DNA of 63,493 nt, counting the filler, from Atractiella rhizophila (lineage: Eukaryota), in the NCBI GenBank assembly GCA_021432655.1. It is 4 parts of 4 records of this genome, joined end to end, with 100 filler letters (N's around TTAATTAATTAA, not from the genome) between each part and the next. Parts side by side here need not be neighbours in the genome. Positions count along the whole stretch, not along the records: positions 47,742 to 63,493 come from MU271929.1; 3 more parts are not named here. One strand, 5' to 3'. Shown piece after piece: positions 54,725 to 63,493 of this stretch. Position 1 is the stretch's first letter, and each line of letters opens with the position of its first letter. Position numbers and translations under genes: made by a program. The notes beneath the pieces are model-generated. The model was not told the DNA's origin, did not search any database, and saw nothing but the letters and a program-made list of their open reading frames with translations.

Positions 54725-55012
54725 TACGAGCGGGTGGCGTATGAGGGAGATAAAAGGGAAAGGCCCCGTGACCAGTGACCTTGACCAGGAAGTCTTCCGT
54801 CCGTCTGCCTAACCTACGGAAACACTGACGAGTCTGTCTCCAACGCATAGTTCCGCACAATTTATTGTAACCAGGGTTACCAAGGTTCCGGGGACCCCCG
54901 AGTACGCCCATGCATAAGAAGTGGAAAAGCAAGCTCCTACCTTTAACTGTGTGAGCCTTTGTCCGTAGCAACATCGAAGCGGTAGTTCACAGTTGGGAGG
55001 GATAAAGATATG
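54725..55012. other. Glucoamylase exons 1-2, readable only as the complement left-to-right (reversed block)
   Basis: The complement reads ATG(54725) MLAHRILPLFSLSGALVTG.., GLDAFVTAQTEVAYQGVLNNIGPNGSKAPG.., intron, GIVVASPSSVNPPYFYT|gtaagc, with a few indels. Confidence 0.9.
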
Positions 55013-55219
55013 CATTCGTAGGAGTGGATANNNNNNNNNNNNNNNNNNNNNNNNNTCAGCCATAGAAATCAAACAGCCCGCACCGAAATGTCCAGTTTAT
55101 GAAAGTAGAAAGTGGATTGCATACGAACTGAAAGCAGCAAACGAACCAAAGTAGAAGGTACCTATACCAGTTGTCTGTCGCCAATCTCTTCCTCCTCATC
55201 CCTACTCAACGACACCCCT

Positions 55220-56590
55220 TCATCCTCCTCTTTCCTCCCCTCCTCCCACGCTAGCCCCAACAAATGCGGCGCACACGCAGGCTCCCCCGATCCATGTCTC
55301 CAATCCTAACCTGCCACCGAGCGTCCAATCCGTTATTGCAACCGTTATCAGCGTCCCCAGGTTCCCGATACTAGCCGTTACGGGTCCCCAGAGAGAGATG
55401 AGGAGGATGAAGAAAGCGTTGAAGGTCATTCCACAGAGCACCATAATTGCGATTTGGGATATGAGGGCAGCTGGAGGGGGAGAAGGTTTGGGCAGGAAGA
55501 GGAATGGGATGGATAAGAGGATAAGGGAGGAAATGCCGATCAGGGTGGTCATAAAAGAAGTGTAGAGTATGAGCATGGACGAATCTTTCTCTGGTGAACT
55601 GATCTGAGATTGAGCGGCGATGACGGAAGTAGGAGAGACGAAGCGTGAGTAGAAGACTTCATAGAATCCGAAAGTAGCAGAACCAAGCAGGGTGAGCAAG
55701 TTTCCGAGCAATCGTTGGTCCGCAACTTCCTCTTCTTCATCGCTGTCACCAGTACCTTCTCCTTGGTCTGAAGGCGCCGAAGAACCATATGCGATAATGA
55801 ATACACCGATTGACGCGAGAATGACAGAGTAAAGCTCTGTCCGAGACTTTTTGATGGTGGTTGCTGCTGCTCCGCCAGCGTTGCCGGAACGGAGGAAAAT
55901 GAGGCGAGAGAACAGAAAGGCGAATATGCAATTGGAGTTGTAGATCGCAGAGATGTCTGTTGCGGTGGTGAGGTGAACCTATCGATATCACATGCCACTC
56001 GTTGACATTTGAAAGGAGAAACAGGGGCAGAACTGACAGCATAGTACCAAGTACCTCCTGGAATAGCAACTAAAATAGCGAGTAAACCAGAAATGAGTCC
56101 AAGTCTCCAGAAAGGGAATCCGCTCCAGTCCCATTCATCCTGCTGTGAAGCTGACGAAATGGAACGGCGAGAAGAGGAATTAAACGAAGAACTGTCTTGG
56201 ATAGGCTGGTATCCTTGTGAAGAGTCGAATGACGAGAACTGAATGTGCAGAGTCCGTTTGAGGGAGAGGAGAGTGGATTCGGAGGGACGAAGAAAGAGCA
56301 GGTGGAGGGGGAAGATGAGTGTGTAAGCTGAATGCGTCAAATAGCTGTTCCACAGGCAAATACATCACATCAGTAAAACTCCTATGTCACTACTACCGAA
56401 GAGAAAGCACACAAGAGGAGGTAGGACTCTGTATAAGTGCGCTGGATATTCTGAGCTAGTTCAGTTTGGACAGTGTATGCTGCACCAAGTTCGGCCCGTC
56501 AAAAAACAGTCTAGCAGCAAATGCAAGTAAACACTCGCCTATTAGTACAACTGCAAAGGCGACATATGAGAATGCCGAGAAATACGACAT
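55220..56590 (-). CDS. DMT/EamA-superfamily (SLC35F-like) transporter
   Basis: AYTVQTELAQ, YLTHSAY, TWYYAVS, AIYNSN, GNLLTLLGSATFGFYEV and LWGPVTASIGNLGT; many TM helices. Confidence 0.8.
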
Positions 56591-57319
56591 TCGTCTGATC
56601 TGATGCGTAGTGATGGACGTTTCACCATCACGTGAAACTCAGAGTGGGTAGTGTGTGCAGACTACTAGTTAGATCTAGTTGTGTTGTGTTGTAGTTTCGC
56701 TTTATTCACCTTCCATTGCATTTGCATGCCCTCTACACAACATGGCGTGCACACTATTTAGTGGCCGATCGTGGCCCTCTGAAGCGGTTTCTCAACTCAA
56801 GAGATTTCAGAGTCCAACATTCGCCGTTTACTTATCGAGTCCATGAAGCAGAATGACGCCTGCCCTGACGAGTCAGAACTCAAATGTTTGAGGTTACAGT
56901 TGAAGGTGCAACGAGTTTCCGAGCAGAGAGCGGTGTGCAATCTTTTGTGTTCAGGAAGTGACCAGCTCCTTTTCTCCTCTCTGCCCTGTTAACTCTTATC
57001 CTCTCTGTTCACAGTGTTCCATCTCGTCTGTGTCGTCACGTACCAATCCGCAACATGGGGCCAATCCACCTTGCTTCTGAGAACTGAATAGCAGGTCTTC
57101 GTTGGCACGCGCTCCATAGGGTCCACGGACGGAGTACCTTCACCGTGAGACTGCCAGTCGACATCTCCGCCGCGTCGAGGTCATCATCTGCACCGACGAG
57201 GATACAACCGATTCGCTGACCGCTGTCGGAGCTGAGGGCTAGTTTCTACATAATATAAGGATGGTCCTGTCGACCCAGTTTGCTTTCGCAATCGAATTTT
57301 GTTCATCTGCCTGTCGAAC

Positions 57320-60300
57320 ATGCTGCTTCGAAACATCTTCTTGAAGTTTTTAACAGCTTCTAGTCTCTTCTCTTTATCATTTTCGCTGTCTATACCAGAG
57401 CAAAACCAGCATGAAAAAGGAACTTTGGTAGAGAGACAAACTGGAGCCAGGGCAGTTTTTGCTCATTGTATGGCACGTAACTTTCATTATTCCAAACTCA
57501 TCCGCTTGATGTGACGGGACAATCAGGTTGGGATTGTTGCCGCATATGACCAATCAGTGTGTGATTTAGCTTAAAGAAAACGGAGTGGTACTCAGAGTCA
57601 TGGCAGCACTGGGAAGCAGATTGTCGAGCTGCAAAAGCGATTGGTATAGATGCGTACGTATTTTGAGTTGAGATTGATACGTGGCTCTAGTGGCTAATGA
57701 TCACAAATAGCTTCGCTTTGAACATTGGTTTGTACCCCTGTACATAAGACAGGGAACTGCTCAACACTCTATGCACTCAGGCAAAGATGACTACAATGGT
57801 GAGCTCCCTCTTTTTTGTCAACATCAGACACTCATTCGTCACCACTCACTAGACAAACAACTGGGATTCGCATATGCTGCCGGAGAAGTAACAGGCTTCA
57901 AAATGTTTATCAGCTTCGACTTCGTGTACTGGAACTCGGGCGGTATCTTTTTATTAAGTCATCTCGACGGACGAACTGACCTCGGTACAGATTCTGCAAC
58001 AATTGCTTCTTATCTGAGAACTTACGGGAACAAGGTAGCTGCCTACAAGTACAACAACGCTGTATTTGTTAGCACCTTTATTGGCGATAATGTAGCACTT
58101 CCTTCGTCTGATGTCACAAGCAACACTCAAGGAGAAAGCAGGCAGTGGATTGGAACTCGATTGGTTCCCAAGCCGGACTAACCCTCTATGCTTGTCCGAA
58201 CTGGCAACCTGGCTCTTTGTGAGATCCATAACTACTTGTTGTGAAACTTACTCACACTCATAGCAGAGGCAACGTCCAGTGTGGTTTTAGGTTCGTCCTC
58301 CCCTTCCATTTTGACTATTAATTGGCCCTGAAAAGATTGTATAATCTAGTTGGGACGCAGTAAGTGATTATTTGCCACGGTACCTCAAATTAAATTTGTT
58401 CGTAGTGGCCAAGCTCCAACAACCAGCCTATTAACTCGAACAAGACCACTGCTACTGATGTTGCGTACAAGAACACCGGCAAGCCATATATGGTACGCCC
58501 GACCTTTCCTCTGTTGCTACAGAGATTGTTTGCAACTGCTGGATCTCTAGATGCCTGTATCACCCTGGTTTTACACCCATTATGGCGCAGGTTCGTCTCA
58601 TAATTTTCATTGTCGAGTGATCAGCGTTGAAAAGACATAGACACATACAACAAGAATTGGATCTTCTACTCCGATTGGCTGTGGAACACGAGATGGGACC
58701 AAGTTCTCTCTGTTGGGCCGCAATTTGTCGAGGTGAGTGAATAGATGGTTACGTGTGGATCATTTTACTGAACAGTCCAAAAGATTATTACTTGGAACGA
58801 CTTTGGTGAATCCCATTATATCGTTTGTTTTTCTCGGTTTCATTTCGACGTTTCTCAGCGCGTTATCAGGGACCACTCCATCCAGACCTTCCACAGGTCT
58901 ATGCACCAAACGGTCAAGACAATGGAGCAAAGAAATGGGTTCGTTTGCTCACTCGATGTCAAATTGGAGCTTTACGTGCCTTATTTAGGTTGCCGAGTGT
59001 GCTTTTCTTTTGTTACCTATATCGGATCAAACTCAAGCCTCGTGAAGTATGCCGCATGACGGATGGCAGGATGTCGCCAAACCGTACATTACCGCTTTCA
59101 AGAGTGAATGCCGCCGTCGTTACTTTCTCCTGCTTTGCTGAGCATGTTTCTAGACGGAGCATCCGCCCCCACAGTATCCGTAGGTATTTTCTTCTTCTTA
59201 TTGACCTTATTCTCTAATCATGTCGTTCTCTTCGTTCTCTCAGACAGAAGAAATAGTCTACTATTATAGAACGTCGCCTAAGAGTGCTGGATGCAGCGAC
59301 GCTGTTGGTAGACCAACTGGAGCTGATTTTGATGCTGACGAAGTTTTTGCTACTGTCCTGGTACGTGTTCTGCCTTCACATTATACCAGGGAGCCACAAT
59401 TTAGTTATCGATAGGTCACTGCTACCTCCAACGTCGTCATCACCTCCGGTTCGAACACAGTTACGAGAACCGTCAGCTCTGGAATTCACACGGTTTCTGG
59501 TCCAATGGGAGTTGGCACGCAATCTTGTAAGCCTTGCACCGGAAGTATTCACCACTATGCCTAACGTATGATTTAGTCCAGGTTCAGCGCAATGGGGTCA
59601 ACGTGCTCAGTGGAACATCGCCGAAACAGATTACTTCCACTTGCCAGAACAGCGCTCAGGTATGTCGTTGGGCTTTTCTCTCAGCAAATATTGATGTTAA
59701 AATAGCCTTATAATGCCTATGTGTTAGCATTGCGTTTATTACCTCGCTTTCTAACTGACGCTCTTTCAGCGGGACCATTAAAAGCAATGGCGGTACAACT
59801 CCACCTACAGGAGGCACGGCTACCATTATATTCAATGTCGTAGCTACGACGGTTTTTGGAGGTCCGTTCAAATCATTGATTGTATTAGTAACTGATTACC
59901 TGTTGGTAGAAAATATATTTCTCACTGGCTCGATTGCTGAACTGTCGTCGTGGGATCCATGGACCGCAGTTGGGCCACTAACAAATCCAAATTACCCCAC
60001 CTGGACTGTGACCGTCACAGTCCCTGCGAATACAGCCATTCAATACAAGTAAGTCACTGTCTCTATCCTCCAATCGGCCAATTCTTAGCCATGTACTAGA
60101 TACGTTCGAAAGAGTACATGTTATCATTCTCCAACCAAGGATTTATTTTGACGTGAGAGAACAGCTGAGCCTTACAGCAACGGCCAACCTGTGACGTGGG
60201 AGAGGTGAGTTACTTCCTTTCTTTAAGCAGCAATGTGCACTTATGCAATGGAGTAGTGATCCAAACAGATCGATTACCTCCCCTGCGGCGGGTCAAACTA

Positions 60301-60380
60301 TCACTGTCAATGACACAGCAAGTCTTTTCCTACGCTTACACTTCAGAGAAGAAACTCATGTCTGGTCGCAGTGGAGGTAA
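57320..60380 (+). CDS. Secreted alpha-1,3-glucanase (GH71) with C-terminal CBM20; many short exons
   Basis: Signal peptide; AVFAHCM|VG, IGIDA|FALNIG, FKMFISFDF, FVSTFIG, PVSPWFYTH, KNWIF, ITWNDFGESHYI, PHDGW, YYYRTSPK. Then TIIFNVVATTVFG|ENIFLTGSIAELSSWDP..NYPTWTVTVTVPANTAIQYK..VTWE|SDPNR..VNDT|WR*. Confidence 0.92.
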
Positions 60381-60808
60381 AAAGGCGAGAAACACATTTA
60401 ATCTTGGTGTAACCTGTCTGCGCGTCTCTGTTCTATGTTTATTTGTCCCTGCCCTTTTAGAAAGGCGAACCAGGTCAATGAATAATCTGGTTGTCGTCAT
60501 GGCAACATTGCTTCCTCACTTTCCTCTGCACACGTCAAGTACTATATATATTATATAGGCTGGAGGCCTGCTGATGCAGCGTTGATACGCATTTGTTTGA
60601 TATAACTTCCTGCCAATATTACATCGGGACGCCACGAACACACCGCGTACCTCCACTGTTGCGTAACTCCAGCCGGGTCGGCGACCGTTTGACCGGAGGT
60701 GCATGCATTCAATCATTGCTTAAAAGTCCTTTCGTTTGCCATTTCCTTCGTTACTGCCTCTCACCTCTCCCAATCTCCCTCTTCCCCTCCCATTCCTAGT
60801 TGTATACC

Positions 60809-62139
60809 ATGATTCCTTCTTCCCAAACCATCATTACGTTAGCGAAGCGACCTGGTCTCGCACCTATCGTTCCCGGCGAGACCTTTAAAGTCTCCCAAAT
60901 GCCTGTTCCCTCTCCTTCTTCGGAGGAGGCCAAGGGGAAGGTGCTTGTAGAGGTCCATTACCTCTCCTTGGATCCTGGTGAGCCCTCATATTCTAACTTG
61001 GCTTGGCACTTAACTGAACCTGCGGCTGGAAGCTATGCGAGGTTGGCTGAACGACAACCGATCCTACGTACCTCCTGTCAAGCTAGGTGCCATAATGCGA
61101 GCGTACGGCCTGGGGACTGTGCTCCATTCGAACGCGCCGGGGTTCTCGAAAGGCGACCTTGTGATGGGTGGCTTGGGATGGCAAGAGTGCGGATGGATGA
61201 GCCCCCAATTCATCGAGAAGCTGCCCGCTCCGACAAAAGGAGTTCAGCCCACGGACTGGCTGGGAGTTCTTGGAGGGTCCGGACAGACTGCTTATTGGGG
61301 TCTCATGGATATCGCGCAAATCAAGAAGGGTGAAACTGTCGTGGTGACTGGAGCTGCTGGTTCAGTCGGGATAGTCGCTTGCCAAATCGTACGCACCTGA
61401 TTCTTCGTCATTTGAAAGGCACTGAATACAATTCCATGAGTAGGCTAAAAAGGTGTTCGACTGCAAGGTCATTGCTGTAGCCGGTTCCGCAGACAAGTGT
61501 GCATGGCTAGAGAACGATATTGGCGTCGACGTCGCGTTGAATTACAAGGTGAGTCGTTTTCTCAAGCCGCAAGCTGCTGTACAAAGACATGCATCATAAT
61601 GACAATATGGGTCAACAGGACAAAGACTTCGCCAAACAATTCCGCGAAAAGGTCGGATACCTCAACGTTATGTTTGATAACGGTCTGTCTTACCTTCTGT
61701 CTAACAAACATGAAGTACTGAACCGTTGAGAAAGTGGGTGGCGAGATACTCAACCTCGCTCTCTCCCGACTTCAGCCTTTCGCTCGCGTCGTTCTTTGCG
61801 GTGCAATCTCAGATTACAACAAAAAGCCGATAGGTCCTTCAAATTACTTGGCTTTGATAGGACAACGGGCAAAGATGCAAGGTCAATCTTTGCTGTCGTC
61901 ACTCTTTCTCGTATACTGAACCTACTGAATGCTTAGGATTCATTGTCATGGACTACGACGACCGGAAACCCCAAGCCATCGGAGACCTCTCGCAATGGAT
62001 CAGCGAGGGGAAGATTAAGTCGAAGGAGACACGTCTCAAGGGGTTAGAGAACGCGGTTGAGGGATTGATGGGACTTTTCGAGGGGAAAAACACGGGGAAG
62101 ATGGTGCTGGAAGTGAAGGCTGCCCATTCCAAACTTTGA
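60809..62139 (+). CDS. NADP-dependent MDR oxidoreductase (prostaglandin/2-alkenal reductase-like) with PTS1 -SKL
   Basis: YLSLDP|AMRGWL, TAYWGL, VVTGAAGSVG, FDN|VGG, LCGAISDYN and GKNTGKMV; ends HSKL*. Confidence 0.93.
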
Positions 62140-62169
62140 GATGCCAATTTTCTTTTTTGATACACAGTA

Positions 62170-62678
62170 TCACCGTTTCCCTTCGTTCTGTGCCTCTGTA
62201 CACAAAACGCCCTGTCAGCTTGGTTGGAATATTTAAATGGATCAACTGCCTACCGCGACGTGTCGCATCCTCCAGGAGTGTGGTATCCACTGCTGATCGC
62301 GGGAGCTGGATGTATCGAATCACTGAGCCGCGAATAAAGCAGTTTTTTACTGCCATCTATCGTACTTCTCAGAACAAAGGTGACATCGAAAAGCAGGCGA
62401 CAAACCATATGAGGATGTCGTTCTTCGTTCAAGACTTTGATGTTATCGAGCTTGATATTGAGAAATCTGCGAATGTTTAGAGTTTCTGTGAGTGTGTAGA
62501 GGCAAGGAGATCAACATGCAGACGAACTGATCAACCGATTTGAGCGTTCCTTGGATTGAAAGGTCATTCTTCAACTCCACAACCACCACTTGGTCCGTCA
62601 AAGTTTTGAAGACCGAAAACATCAACTAGTGTCTTCGTGAGCAATATTCAAGGACGGGAGCGATATACTGCTTACCAT
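62170..62678 (-). CDS. LSM2: U6 snRNA-associated Sm-like protein Lsm2
   Basis: ATG|intron, then FKTL..VELKNDLSIQGTLKSVDQ|FLNIKL..HPHM|MAVKNCFIRGSVIRY..LLEDATRR. Confidence 0.96.
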
Positions 62679-63043
62679 GATGGATATAAACGATACACGG
62701 AACCAGAAAAATGTCGCGTTACGTCGTTAATGTTTAACCTTATTCCAACACAGAAAAGCGAACAAGGAAGCTTTGGGAATTTCAAATATTTTATTAGGCA
62801 AAGGAAGTGACCGAAATTGCCGGCCCTGCACCACAGGATGTGGTTGATGGGGTAACTTGAAATAACTGTGGCCACAGATTTCGCAAATTCGTACTACCAT
62901 TAGCTTGTAAGCTGAGGAGGCTATCTGCGAGTCCTCCAGTTTGCGTTAAATACGAGAAGCCACCTTTCAGGATTTAAAGTCTGAGGAAATTGCATCAGAA
63001 TCCGCCCTCGACCTTCATTCAAGGAATTAAATAGCCTAGGAAG

Positions 63044-63493
63044 ATGGCATTGCCTTTGAAAGGAATGCGAGTCCTTGAGGTGAGTCTTCAATGGTAGAGA
63101 AATAGTGCAACTGAGTTGGAAGCAGTTTGCCGGTCTCGCCCCAGCGCCGTTTGCAGGCAGTTTGTGGACCGTTATACCTTCTCTTCTTAGGCTGAACACT
63201 ATACATTAGTGATCCTTGCTGACTGGGGAGCTGACGTTGTGCGGGTGGACAAATTGTCAGGAGCAAGCACTGACGTCCTTTGCAGGTACGCGTTTCTTTC
63301 TCCCACTTCTCATTTCGATTAACTCGTTGCGTCGCATGGAAGAGGGAAGAGATCTCTAGCGGTATCCCTGAAGGACAAACAAGGAATTGAACTCATCAAG
63401 AAAATAATAAAAGAAGCACCCATTGATGTTATTATCGAGCCGTTTCGTCCGGGAGTCATGGAGCGTCTAGGCTTGGGTCCGGAGGTGCTGTCT
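63044..63493 (+). CDS. AMACR: Alpha-methylacyl-CoA racemase (CoA-transferase family III), runs off the window end
   Basis: PLKGMRVLE|FAGLAPAPFAGMILADWGADVVRVD..RGKRSL..DVIIEPFRPGVMERLGLGP. Confidence 0.92.

Noticed and set aside
63157..63162. GC donor in AMACR
   Set aside because: A GT donor 3 nt downstream gives the conserved FAGMIL.

Overview
Eukaryotic, intron-rich fungal DNA. Short ~50-70 nt introns, relaxed donors such as GTCCGT/GTTCGT and the gene content suggest a basidiomycete (inference). The window is four unrelated ~15.8-kb scaffolds joined by artificial 100-nt spacers (44N-TTAATTAATTAA-44N at 15819, 31735 and 47642), so gene order across spacers means nothing. I can support about 28 spliced genes: mostly housekeeping (NMNAT, PRI2, CDC123, Rab4-like, REX4, RPN5, SCP160/vigilin, uL5m, ETF-beta, LSM2, AMACR), plus transporters, CAZymes and lineage-specific F-box and kinase-like genes. 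Best leads: (1) an ~820-nt block reversed without complementation that holds the missing promoter and first two exons of a glucoamylase, probably an assembly artefact; (2) a GH71 alpha-1,3-glucanase fused to a starch-binding CBM20, one gene away from a GH15-CBM20 glucoamylase; (3) a structured ~310-nt RNA candidate inside an oversized REX4 intron; (4) a paralog pair combining a PD-(D/E)xK nuclease-like domain and an atypical kinase; (5) a spliced 44-aa secreted Kex2-type peptide precursor. Exon boundaries were read by eye, and no database searches or folding were run.
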